This document shows positions 31,334-42,307 of a stretch of DNA of 46,666 nucleotides, in pieces. The stretch comes from Sandaracinaceae bacterium (GTDB lineage Bacteria > Myxococcota_A > Polyangia > Polyangiales > JADJQN01). The stretch is taken from contig CANKOL010000001.1 of the NCBI GenBank assembly GCA_947483975.1, forward strand, positions 1 through 46,666, given 5' to 3'. The notes under the pieces are model-generated. The model was not told the DNA's origin, did not search any database, and saw nothing but the letters and a program-made list of their open reading frames with translations. The translations under genes and the position numbers were made by a program. Within the stretch, counting starts at the first letter, position 1. Every line of letters starts with the position of its first letter.

Positions 31334-33865
31334 CTACTCGCGCCGTCGGAGGCGGGCGGCGAACAAGAGCGCGAGTAGGCCGCAGAAGCCCGACGCACGC
31401 TCCCTGTCATCCTGGTGAGCGCGTGTGCCGGCCGAACACGCGCAGCCTCCGTGGAGCGCGCCCGGCGCGTCGGGACCGGCGTCGCTCGGGCTGGGCCCAG
31501 CGTCGTCGCGCCCAGCGTCGTCGCGCCCAGCGTCGTCACGCCCTGCGTCGCTGAGGCCGGCATCGGCGGGAACACCGCCGTCCAGTGTCGGCATCGTCGA
31601 CGCGAAGCCGCCCGCGAGGCGCAGCGTTCCGTAGTAGCGCGGTCGGCTCCAACCGGACGCGTCGGCGTAGGCGGCGAGCCTGCGCGCCACGCCGAAGCCG
31701 GTGCCCGTCGACGACCAGCACATCACCCCGCTCGCGCTGCGCGCGCAGACATCCGCACGCCCGTCGGCGTCCACGTCGCCGAGGCGAATCGTCTCGTAGT
31801 AGCGCGGCGCGCTCCAGCCGTCGGCATCGCCGAGCGCGGGCCCGCTGAGCGCTGTCCACGTCCCGTCGGCGGCGCGATCCCAGCAGCGGAGCCCCGCGTT
31901 CGCGCGCGCACAGAGCTCGTCCGCCCCGTCCGCGTCGAGGTCCGCTGCGCGCAAGGTCGCGTAGTTGTCGTGGGCGCTCCAGCCGCTGGCGTCGCTGAGC
32001 GCGGCCACTGACTCGGCCGCGGACGCGAAGCCCGTGCCGTTCGCCAAGTGACAGCGCAGCTCCGTCGCGGTGCGGATGCACGCGTCGGCGCGCCCATCCC
32101 CGTCGACGTCGGCGAGCCGCAGCGTGCTCCAGTACTTGGGGGCGTCGAAGCCTCGCGCGTCGCTCCACGCCGGGCCGACGAGGTGCCGCGCGAGCGCCGC
32201 GCCGTCCCACGCGTAGCACTCGAGGCCGCTGCTCGGCGCGCGCGCGCAGAGGTCATCGGCCCCGTCGCCGTCGACGTCGCCGACGCGCAGCGTGCCGTAC
32301 GCGGCTGGCGCATCGAAGCCCGCGGCATCGGACCACGCCGGGCCTGCGACGGGCGTCGCGGCGAACGCGCTGCCGCTCGAGAGCCAGCACTGGACGCCGC
32401 TCGCCGCACGGGCGCACACGTCGTCATCGCCGTCACCGTCGATATCCGCGAGGCGCAACGTCGTGTAGCGGCTGGGCGCGCTCCAGCCGTGCGCGTCATC
32501 GAGCGCGGGGCCCGCGATCGGCGCCGACCAGCCCGTGCCGGTCGAGGTCCAGCACGACACGCCAGTGGCGCTTCGGGCGCAGACGTCGGCGCGTCCGTCC
32601 CCGTTGATGTCGCCGGTGCGAAGCGTCGCGTACGACGAGGGGTCGTCGAAGCCGCTCGCGTCGGAGAGCGCGGCGATGCGGGGGCCGACCGGGGAGAAGG
32701 TCGTGCCGGTCGACGCCTGGCAGCCGAAGCCGGCCGAAGCGCGGGCACAGAGATCGGCGCGCCCATCGCCGTCGATGTCCGTCGTGCGACCCAGATCCGT
32801 CGTCGCGAGGATCGCCTCCTGCTCGCCGCATGCGGCGCCCTCCGCGGATGTCCCGAAGCACTCGTCGAGCTCAGGCGGGATGCAGCTTCCTGCCGCGCGC
32901 GGGCGTCCGGTCGCGCTGCCTGCGAACACCCCCCAGTGGTTGGCGACGGGGCGCGGCGAGCCGTCCGAAGGGACGTTCAAGGTGCCGCGCCCGTCGAGCC
33001 AGAGCTGCGTCGAGCCGCCGCCGTCGAGGTTGAACGCCTGCCACGCGCCGAGCGTCGCCATCAGGTGCGCAAGCTCAGTGCCGTACATTCCGGCCGAGAT
33101 GCTCGAGCGGCCGTCGACGACGACGAGATAGAAGGTGCGCCGGTCAGCGGAGAGCCCCATCGCCGTGCGCGGGTTTCGGGCGCGCATATCGCTGCGGTCG
33201 GGGAAACAGCTCGTCGCGGTCGGGCTCGAGCACGTCACCGTGTGGCCTTCGGTCACGAGCTCCGGGAAGCCGCTGACCAGCGCGACGGTCCCCGTGGGGA
33301 CCTCGCTCGTCGTCGCGCGGCCAGGCAGAAAGCCGCTCGTCGTGCCGCCTGCGCGCCTCACAGCGGCGGTGTGCGCGAAGTCGACCCAGCTCGGTCCGAA
33401 GGCGATCCAGCCGTAGCGGCGGTAGTACCAACTCGAAGCCGCGGTCGTGCTCTCGCCCGTCTGCCCCGCGGGCCACACACGCCCGGTGCCGCCGACCGCC
33501 TGCCCGTAGACTTGCGGCGTCGAGGTGTCCATCCGGAAGAAGTCGCCGTTGACCGCAGCCGTCACGCCCGCAGCCGCGCCCCACGCGGCCACGGTTCGCC
33601 GCGCGGTCGGCGCGCTCGTCGCGGCGACGTGCACGTAGTCCGTGCAGAGCGCGACCTCGAGCGCCCAGAAGCGCGTCGTCGGCGAGGTCGTGCGCCCCGT
33701 CAGCAGGCGCATTCCTGGCTGCACGGTCGACCACGACCGCGACGAGATCGTCTGCGCGCGCGCGCTGCCGACGTGCGTGAGCCCTGCAAGAGCCGCGAAC
33801 AGCCCGCAGAGGAGGCAGCCGCTCGCGCGCTTGGCGAGGACCGCGGCGAGGGACTTCGTCGCCAT
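31334..33865 (-). CDS. phosphodiester glycosidase (NAGPA-like) domain protein with seven Cys-containing FG-GAP/VCBS-like repeats and a MYXO-CTERM-type tail
   Basis: Signal peptide. AVNGDFF..NLDGGGSTQL is typical of the phosphodiester glycosidase family. Seven ~55-aa units D(I/V)DGDGRAD.CAR...C....G (31613..32779). (DAGRD)n linker. C-terminus GGCACSAG...FCGLLALLFAARLRRRE. Confidence 0.75.
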   Translation of the reverse strand: MATKSLAAVLAKRASGCLLCGLFAALAGLTHVGSARAQTISSRSWSTVQPGMRLLTGRTTSPTTRFWALEVALCTDYVHVAATSAPTARRTVAAWGAAAGVTAAVNGDFFRMDTSTPQVYGQAVGGTGRVWPAGQTGESTTAASSWYYRRYGWIAFGPSWVDFAHTAAVRRAGGTTSGFLPGRATTSEVPTGTVALVSGFPELVTEGHTVTCSSPTATSCFPDRSDMRARNPRTAMGLSADRRTFYLVVVDGRSSISAGMYGTELAHLMATLGAWQAFNLDGGGSTQLWLDGRGTLNVPSDGSPRPVANHWGVFAGSATGRPRAAGSCIPPELDECFGTSAEGAACGEQEAILATTDLGRTTDIDGDGRADLCARASAGFGCQASTGTTFSPVGPRIAALSDASGFDDPSSYATLRTGDINGDGRADVCARSATGVSCWTSTGTGWSAPIAGPALDDAHGWSAPSRYTTLRLADIDGDGDDDVCARAASGVQCWLSSGSAFAATPVAGPAWSDAAGFDAPAAYGTLRVGDVDGDGADDLCARAPSSGLECYAWDGAALARHLVGPAWSDARGFDAPKYWSTLRLADVDGDGRADACIRTATELRCHLANGTGFASAAESVAALSDASGWSAHDNYATLRAADLDADGADELCARANAGLRCWDRAADGTWTALSGPALGDADGWSAPRYYETIRLGDVDADGRADVCARSASGVMCWSSTGTGFGVARRLAAYADASGWSRPRYYGTLRLAGGFASTMPTLDGGVPADAGLSDAGRDDAGRDDAGRDDAGPSPSDAGPDAPGALHGGCACSAGTRAHQDDRERASGFCGLLALLFAARLRRRE
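31496..31555 (-). repeat. 15-bp in-frame tandem repeat, about 4 copies, encoding (DAGRD)n
   Basis: Plus-strand units cccagcgtcgtcgcg x2, then cccagcgtcgtcacg, then the degenerate ccctgcgtcgctgag. Confidence 0.85.
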
Positions 33866-33985
33866 CGCCCGACGTTATCCCATCGCGCGTCGCGGGGCGA
33901 CCGTGAGCGGTCGAACCCTTCTGCGTGGTCTCTGGCTCTGATGGTGGGCGACGCGTTTTGCGTCTCCGACTGAAGGAGCGACGTC

Positions 33986-34213
33986 ATGGCCTCGAAGATC
34001 TTCCCCAACAACGAACACGCCCTCGAGCGCGTCGCGCGCGTCGTCCTCGGGCTCGGCGTGATCTCGCTCGCGTTCGTCGGCCCCGCGACCCCGTGGGCAT
34101 GGCTCGGCGTCGTACCGCTCGCCACTGGCCTCATCGGTAGCTGCCCGCTCTACACGGTCTTCGGCTTCAGCACGCGCCGCGCGGGCGCCGAGAGCACGGC
34201 GACGCCCGGCTGA
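33986..34213 (+). CDS. DUF2892 (YgaP-like) small membrane protein
   Basis: AAGGAG 7 nt upstream of the ATG. ERVARVVLGLGVISLAF..LATGLIGSCPLYTVFG is the characteristic DUF2892 two-helix motif with a conserved CPxY. Confidence 0.75.
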   Translation: MASKIFPNNEHALERVARVVLGLGVISLAFVGPATPWAWLGVVPLATGLIGSCPLYTVFGFSTRRAGAESTATPG

Positions 34214-34238
34214 CGCGTCGCAGATGACCGCGGCCGGG

Positions 34239-34754
34239 TCAGCCGCCTTCGTCGGGCGCCGGCACTTCCGCGGTGTCCGGCTCCGCGGGCTCGGCGCTCA
34301 GGCACGTTTCGCGGCGTGCGCAGGTGCTGCCCACCACGCTGCAGCGAGGCGCGTTCGCTCGGCAGGCCGCCGGGCTCAGCTCCTCGCAGCGGCGGACGCA
34401 GCCGACGGTCGGGCAGTTCGTCGCGAAGCAGCGCGCATCGAGCTGGCACGCCACGAACGACTCGCCCGTGTAGGGGCGCCCTTCGCAGTGAGGGTCCCCG
34501 CTGCACGCCCCCGCGTTGCGGTGCCCGCCGCAAGCATCGCCTGGGGGCGAGGCGCACCAGTCGCCCGGGCTGTTGCCGCAGTCGGCGGCGGCTGCCCGCT
34601 CCGCTGCTGTCGGCTCGACGGGCTCGCTCTCCGGCGTGGGCGCGCTCGACGGTTGCGGCGGGTCGTCGTTCGAGGTCGGCTCGGCTGCGCGCGAGCACGA
34701 GGCGACGCCCAGGGCGACGAGCAGGAGAGAGAGGCTGAGCGTCGGGCGCGCCAT
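34239..34754 (-). CDS. Cys-rich lipoprotein, unknown function
   Basis: ATG at 34754. Signal and lipobox [20 protein letters not shown]. About 20 Cys in 150 mature residues. The upstream part of ORF 34239..34961 is discarded. Confidence 0.65.
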   Translation of the reverse strand: MARPTLSLSLLLVALGVASCSRAAEPTSNDDPPQPSSAPTPESEPVEPTAAERAAAADCGNSPGDWCASPPGDACGGHRNAGACSGDPHCEGRPYTGESFVACQLDARCFATNCPTVGCVRRCEELSPAACRANAPRCSVVGSTCARRETCLSAEPAEPDTAEVPAPDEGG

Positions 34755-36780
34755 GGCCCGGACGTTAGCACCGCGCGCTCTCCTTGATCTCATCAGGGCG
34801 CTCCCTACACTGCGCCGGCTCCGCGCAACCCGCGCGGGAAGTCGCACGCGCGAGGGGCCCCTGCTTTCAGAGGAGAAGATCGCCGAAATTCGCGAGCGCA
34901 CGGACATCGCCGCGTTGGTCGGCGAGTACGTGCGCCTCACGCGGAGTGGCGCGAGCTTCAAGGGGCTCTGCCCATTTCACAACGAGAAGTCGCCGAGCTT
35001 CTACGTCACGCCGAGCAAGCACTTCTTCCATTGCTTCGGCTGCGGCGCCTCGGGCGATGTCATCTCTTTCCTGATGCGCCTGGAAGGTCGCTCTTTTCCA
35101 GAAGCCGCGCGGCAGCTCGCGGAGCGCGGCGGCATCGAGCTTCCCGAGGAGGACACGCAGGACGCGCAGGAGCAGCGCCGCGTCCGGCAGCGCAGGGAGC
35201 GCCTCGGCTCGCTGATGGGCGCCGCCACGGACTTCTACGTCCGGATGCTCACGGAGCACGACCTCGGGGGCATGGCGCAGGCGGAGCTCGACAAGCGCGG
35301 CGTCACGCCCGAGGTGGCCCGGCACTTCAAGCTCGGCTACGCGCCGCACTCTTGGGACGCGCTCGCGACGCACCTCGCGCGGGAAGGCTGGTCGCTCGCC
35401 GAAGCAGAGGAGGTCGGCCTGGTCGTCCCGCGCCGCACGCGCGACGGGCACTACGACCGCTTCCGGCATCGCCTGATGTTCCCCATCGCCGACGTGCACG
35501 GGACGATCATCGCGTTCAGCGGTCGCCTGCTCGCGACGCCGCCCGGCGAGAAGGAGCCCGCCGAGGGCGAGGCGGGCGCGAAGTACGTCAACAGCCCAGA
35601 GAGCCCGCTCTACAAGAAGGGCGAGACGCTCTTCGGGCTGCACGAGGGGCGCGTCGCCATCCGCCGGCAGGGTGTCGGGCTCCTGTGTGAGGGCAACTTC
35701 GACCTCGTCATGCTCCATCAGGCGGGCTTCGAGAACGCCGTCGCGCCGATGGGCACGGCGCTCACGCTCGCCCAAGCGAAGCTCCTGCGACGCTTCGCCG
35801 AGCGGGTCGTCTGTGTGTTCGACGGCGACAACGCCGGGCGCAAAGCCGTGCGCGCGGCGTTCCCGGTGTTCCGCGAGGCGGGCGTCTCGGCGAAGGTCGT
35901 CACGCTGCCGAAGGGCGAGGACCCCGACACCTTCCTCCGCAATCGCGGGGCGGAGGCGTTCCGCGCGCTGCTCGACAACGCTCCGGGCATGGTCGAGCAC
36001 CTGATCGAAGACGCTGCCGAGACGGCGGGGGCCGACCCCCACGCGCGCGCCGCCGCGGTCGAGTCGCTCGGCCCGCTCCTCGGCGCGATTCAGAACGAGG
36101 TCGAGCGCTCGCTCTACGTCGAGCGCGTCGCGCAACGCTTCGCCATCGGGGACGTCGGCATGGTGCGCCGCAGCCTTCGCCAAGGGTTCCTGGCCGCGCG
36201 TGCCGCGGGTGGCCCCGGGCGAACGCAGGCCGCGCGCGCCGCCCCGGAGGAGCGGAGCGCTGCGCTCCCCGGTCGGTCGAGGGAGGGGGCCGGTTCCCCC
36301 GAGGCTGCGCCGACTCCTGCGCGACACGCGCCCCAGCGCAAGCCGCCTCCTCTGGAGGGGGAGCTCGTCGGCGCCCTGATCGACCAGCCGACGCTCTTCG
36401 AGACGGACCTCGCAAAAAGTCTAGAAGAGCTTTTGACGAGCCCGGATCTTCGGGCCATTGTCGCAGCTGCCCGGGAGAGCACCCGCCGGGGGGAAATCGA
36501 CGCGGCAGCGATGCTCGCCGCTGTGGGCCATCACCCGTTCAGACTGTGGTTAGAGGAGCGCCTGTCCCTGGAAAAGTACGACGGCGACTCTGCACGGCGC
36601 GTCCTGACGGACGGACTGCCTAGCCTCAAACTCGCGGGGCTCAGGCGGGAACTGGACGACGTGAAGCAGCAGGTTCTTCAAGCTCGCCGACGCGGTGATG
36701 ACGATGGAGCCGAGGCGCTCCAGCGCCGCGTCGATGAGCTGCACGCGGCGATCTTCGCGACGCAGGGCGCCAAGAAGTGA
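34753..36780 (+). CDS. dnaG: DNA primase
   Basis: Zinc-binding [24 protein letters not shown], the primase core, and [31 protein letters not shown]. The start is uncertain. The only canonical in-frame start upstream of the conserved [13 protein letters not shown] is ATG 34753. A CTG at 34861 would fit the usual N-terminus length better. Confidence 0.85.
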   Translation: MARTLAPRALLDLIRALPTLRRLRATRAGSRTREGPLLSEEKIAEIRERTDIAALVGEYVRLTRSGASFKGLCPFHNEKSPSFYVTPSKHFFHCFGCGASGDVISFLMRLEGRSFPEAARQLAERGGIELPEEDTQDAQEQRRVRQRRERLGSLMGAATDFYVRMLTEHDLGGMAQAELDKRGVTPEVARHFKLGYAPHSWDALATHLAREGWSLAEAEEVGLVVPRRTRDGHYDRFRHRLMFPIADVHGTIIAFSGRLLATPPGEKEPAEGEAGAKYVNSPESPLYKKGETLFGLHEGRVAIRRQGVGLLCEGNFDLVMLHQAGFENAVAPMGTALTLAQAKLLRRFAERVVCVFDGDNAGRKAVRAAFPVFREAGVSAKVVTLPKGEDPDTFLRNRGAEAFRALLDNAPGMVEHLIEDAAETAGADPHARAAAVESLGPLLGAIQNEVERSLYVERVAQRFAIGDVGMVRRSLRQGFLAARAAGGPGRTQAARAAPEERSAALPGRSREGAGSPEAAPTPARHAPQRKPPPLEGELVGALIDQPTLFETDLAKSLEELLTSPDLRAIVAAARESTRRGEIDAAAMLAAVGHHPFRLWLEERLSLEKYDGDSARRVLTDGLPSLKLAGLRRELDDVKQQVLQARRRGDDDGAEALQRRVDELHAAIFATQGAKK

Positions 36781-36797
36781 GCCGTCAAGGGGTGAAG

Positions 36798-39059
<2,262 letters not shown>

Positions 39060-39091
39060 ACGGCTTCGCGCGTCCATGCGCGGAGCCTGCC

Positions 39092-39165
39092 GGGCCCATA
39101 GCTCAATTGGTTAGAGCTCCCGGCTCATAACCGGGCAGTTCCAGGTTCAAGTCCTGGTGGGCTCA
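39092..39165 (+). tRNA. elongator-type tRNA with anticodon CAT (tRNA-Met, or more likely lysidine-modified tRNA-Ile2)
   Basis: Cloverleaf. Acceptor GGGCCCA/TGGGCTC (one G-U pair), D-stem GCTC/GAGC, anticodon stem CCCGG/CCGGG with loop CTCATAA. T-stem CCAGG/CCTGG with loop TTCAAGT, discriminator A. 74 nt. The G1-C72 pair and the lack of 3 G-C pairs at 29-31 exclude an initiator. Confidence 0.9.
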
Positions 39166-39183
39166 CTAGGGTTTTTGTTTCCC
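39166..39183 (+). terminator. T-rich tract (GGGTTTTTGTTTCCC) immediately 3' of the tRNA, possible terminator of the dnaG-rpoD-tRNA transcript
   Basis: The only long T run in this GC-rich region. It follows the stable acceptor and T-arm helices directly. Confidence 0.35.
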
Positions 39184-39301
39184 ACGAACGCTGCGGCGCA
39201 CGTTGGCGACGTGACGATGCGCGAATGAGTGGCTGAAACGCGGAACTCGTCTTGCGTAGGTGGTGCCGCCGCGGTACACGGCGCGTCTCAGGAGGCAGGA
39301 C

Positions 39302-40021
39302 TTGCACGAACGGCTGCGGGCGCTGGTGAAGCTCTCCGAGATCGACGCATCGGGTAGGGCGCTCGACCTCCAACTCCAAGAGATTCCGGCCCGCGTGGCC
39401 GAGTCTCGCGGCGACCTTGCCAGGCTCGAGGGGCTGCTCGCGCGCGAGCGCAGCGACCTCGCGGAGGCTGAGCGGCTCAAGAAGAGTCACGAGGACGAGA
39501 TCGCGCGACATGGTGAGTCGCTCGGCAAGTCGAAGGCGAAGGCGGCCAAGGCCCGCAACGCCCGCGAGGCCGAGGCCGTCGAGCGCGAGGTCGACGGAGC
39601 GCGCCGCTCGATCAAGGAGCGCGAGGGCGAGCGTGAGCGGCTGATGGCCGCCATGGAGCTTCAGCGCAAGGCGTTCACCGAGCACGAGGGCGAGTTCGAG
39701 CGACTTCGCTCGATGCTCTCGGAGGACGAGGCCAAGGCGCAGGTCAAGATCGACGCCCTGACGATCGAGCGCGACCACGTCACCCGCGGGCGAGGCGACT
39801 TCGTTGGGCTCGTCGACAAGCCGACGGTCCGCCGCTACGAGCAGCTTCGCGAGAAGAAGGGCAACGCCGTCGTCGAGATCGCCGCGGGCTCCTGCGTCGG
39901 TTGTCGCATGGCGATCCCGCCTCAGATGCTGCTCGATCTCCAGCGCGAGGAGCAGCCCGACCTCGCCCAGTGCCCGCACTGCCGACGCTTCGTCTTCACG
40001 AAGGCGATGATCGAAGACTGA
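39302..40021 (+). CDS. coiled-coil protein with a C-terminal C4 zinc ribbon (COG1579-like)
   Basis: TTG at 39302 with AGGAGG 6 nt upstream (the ORF-track GTG at 39260 has no SD). Long heptad-like Glu/Arg/Lys-rich helices. C-terminal CVGC..(x22)..CPHC. Confidence 0.75.
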   Translation: MHERLRALVKLSEIDASGRALDLQLQEIPARVAESRGDLARLEGLLARERSDLAEAERLKKSHEDEIARHGESLGKSKAKAAKARNAREAEAVEREVDGARRSIKEREGERERLMAAMELQRKAFTEHEGEFERLRSMLSEDEAKAQVKIDALTIERDHVTRGRGDFVGLVDKPTVRRYEQLREKKGNAVVEIAAGSCVGCRMAIPPQMLLDLQREEQPDLAQCPHCRRFVFTKAMIED

Positions 40022-40030
40022 GCCGTCCCG

Positions 40031-42307
40031 TCAGAGTCCGCGGAGCCCCTCGAGGGCCTCGCGGCACTCCGGGTCGGCGGCCAGGGCGTTCTCGTAGGCG
40101 TCCCGTGCCCCGCGCGTGTCGCCTATCAGACGGCGCGCCTCCGCGAGCAGCAGGTGTGTGAGAAAGTGCTTCGGCGCGAGGGACGCCGCGCGCTCGAGCT
40201 CCGCCAGCTGCGCTGCGTGAACGGTCGGGTCTCCGCCGGCGCCCATCAGCCGCGTGTGCGCGAGCCGCGCGAGGAACTCGCCCTCATCCGGGACGAGCTC
40301 CACGGCCCGCACGAACGCGGCGACGGCATCGTCGTGCCTGCCCCGCGCGAGCGCGCGCTCACCGCGGCGGAAGTGTCGCTCGGCCTCGGCGATGCGCTCC
40401 ACTCGCACATCGAGCGCTGCGCCGCTCATCGTCACCATCGAGGCGTCGTCCGTGAGCGTCGGCGCGCTCGGGGCAGGCGTCGGCGACACGGCGGCGTGCA
40501 CGGTGTCCGCGGTGCCGACGCGGTCGACCTGCAGTTGCCGCGCGACGGCGGCGACCGCGATGGGGGGACGCGCGTCGACGTCCCAGGTGCCGACGATGCT
40601 GTTCTCGTCGCTCGTCAGGTCGTCCCAGCCCATCGGCTCGTTCGCCTCCGGCGCAGGGCTCGCGCTCGGCGGCGGCGCGGGTACGCGGAGCGCGGCGAGG
40701 GCTAGCGCAGGGATGGGGCCGCGCAGGGTCTCGTCCTCGAGGTCCTGGGCTGCCGCGTCGGGCTCCGGGGCCTCGAGTGGGATTGGCAGATCGCTGAAGC
40801 GGAGCGCGCCGAGGCACTCCATCGCGTAGAGCAACTGCGCCGCTGCGCCGGGTCGTTGTCCGGCGACGGTGAGCAGGTCGCGCAGGCGCTGCGTGCCGTC
40901 GACGACGCGCAGCACGAGGCGCGCTTCCGCCACCAGGTCGAGTCGCACGAAGCGCGTGAGGCGCTCCGTGATCGGCACGACGAACGACGAGAGGTGCGGC
41001 TCCAGCAGCTCGAGCAAGCGCGTCGGCGGGATACGGCGCACCACGCCCTCGAACACGATTTCGGTCAGGCCGAGCTCGAGCGTCACGACCTCAGGCGGCG
41101 GCTGCACGCGCGACGAGAAGCGGAACTCCGCGTCCTCCCAGCTGAAGAGGTCGTAGAGCTTCACGCGCAGCTGTTCTTCGAGCCCGTCGCGTAGCTCCTG
41201 CGGGGCGAGCACGCCCATCGCGAGCAGGATCGCGCCCTGTCGCCCCTCGCCCGCGCGCATACGCTGCACGGACTCGTTCCGCATCTGCGGGGTGATGACG
41301 TCGCCCTGCACGAGGATCTGCCCGAGGCACTCGCGCACGAGGTTCGACTTCACGTAGACCGGCACGCCGTTGCGGAAATAGACGACCTTCTTCGGGGACT
41401 CGCCCGTGGTCGTCCTCAGGCGCTCGTCATCCTGCGCGACGACGACGAGCGCCCCCGTCGCGCGCTGCGCAGCGAGGCGCGCGAGCACGCGAGGGAACGG
41501 CAGCTCCGAGAAGCGTCCTGCCTGCGTCGCACCGCCTGGCGTGAGGTCGGCTGCGCGACGCTCGACGTCGTTCCCTTCCTGCTCGGCGCCGGGGTCGTCC
41601 CCGAGGACGAACGGCGAGGACTCCTCCGCGCGCCGCGGGCGCTCCACGCCGACCGGCTCAGGTCGCACGGGCTCGTGGTCGGCTGTGGCGGGCCCCGTCG
41701 TGCGCATTCGTACGGCGACGGTCTGTCGCTCGCGCAGGACGCGTGCGGCGCCCTCCGCGCTGACGGGGGGCAAGGAGTCGTCGTCCGCGACGGCGTCGAG
41801 CGCATCGATGGAGCGCGCGCTCAGCGTCAGCGAGGAGTGACTGACCTCGATCGCGGGCGCGGTGCGGACGTCGCGCGGAGGCTGCGCGGGCGCTGGCTGG
41901 CCGAGCGCTCGCCAGACGAGCCGCGCGACGACCTCCGGGTCGCGTGCCGCCGCGCCCTCGAGCGTCGCCGCGCCGAGGCGCTTGCCGGTCTCCGAGAGCT
42001 TCACGCCGCCCGCTCGCTCCGCCGTGAGGACCACCGGCACCAGCGCGCCACCCGGGGCCCAGCGGATCGACTCGATCGTCGCCGCGCCGTCCCGCCCGGG
42101 AAGCTCAGAGTCGACGACCAGCGCGCACGCCGGCACCTGCACGAAGCGGTCGATGGCGCGCTCGCCGTCCGAGACGCTCTCGGCGCGGAGCCCATGCCCC
42201 GAGAGCGCGCGCACGACGCGCTCGGCGAACTGCGGGTCCGCGTGCACGACGAGCACTGGCCCGAGCGACATCGAGTGGTGCGGATCCGCCGAGGTCGGTG
42301 CGGTCAC
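40031..42307 (-). CDS. fused receiver-like domain plus PATAN (DUF4388) plus C-terminal TPR protein
   Basis: N-terminal CheY-like fold with a partly degenerate acid pocket (VLVVHADP, ALVVDSELP, VVLTA). Central FSELPFPRVLARLAAQRATGALVV..VYFRNGVPVYVKSN is DUF4388-like. C-terminal TPR units. GTG 42307 overlaps the glnE stop (GTGA). ATG 42271 is an alternative start. Confidence 0.8.
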   Translation of the reverse strand: MTAPTSADPHHSMSLGPVLVVHADPQFAERVVRALSGHGLRAESVSDGERAIDRFVQVPACALVVDSELPGRDGAATIESIRWAPGGALVPVVLTAERAGGVKLSETGKRLGAATLEGAAARDPEVVARLVWRALGQPAPAQPPRDVRTAPAIEVSHSSLTLSARSIDALDAVADDDSLPPVSAEGAARVLRERQTVAVRMRTTGPATADHEPVRPEPVGVERPRRAEESSPFVLGDDPGAEQEGNDVERRAADLTPGGATQAGRFSELPFPRVLARLAAQRATGALVVVAQDDERLRTTTGESPKKVVYFRNGVPVYVKSNLVRECLGQILVQGDVITPQMRNESVQRMRAGEGRQGAILLAMGVLAPQELRDGLEEQLRVKLYDLFSWEDAEFRFSSRVQPPPEVVTLELGLTEIVFEGVVRRIPPTRLLELLEPHLSSFVVPITERLTRFVRLDLVAEARLVLRVVDGTQRLRDLLTVAGQRPGAAAQLLYAMECLGALRFSDLPIPLEAPEPDAAAQDLEDETLRGPIPALALAALRVPAPPPSASPAPEANEPMGWDDLTSDENSIVGTWDVDARPPIAVAAVARQLQVDRVGTADTVHAAVSPTPAPSAPTLTDDASMVTMSGAALDVRVERIAEAERHFRRGERALARGRHDDAVAAFVRAVELVPDEGEFLARLAHTRLMGAGGDPTVHAAQLAELERAASLAPKHFLTHLLLAEARRLIGDTRGARDAYENALAADPECREALEGLRGL

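Noticed and set aside
32048-33973. 641-aa plus-strand ORF opposite the FG-GAP glycosidase (also 31723..32766 and 31536..32219 on the minus strand in other frames)
   Set aside because: These are shadow frames of a repetitive GC-rich gene. Only the frame with a signal peptide, the NAGPA motifs and the FG-GAP repeats is coherent.
39092-39300. tRNA-associated integration site or genomic island next to either tRNA
   Set aside because: There is no integrase, no duplicated tRNA 3' fragment (attR/attL) and no compositional shift in the flanking genes within the window. Only the truncated AT-rich 75 nt at the left edge remain unexplained.
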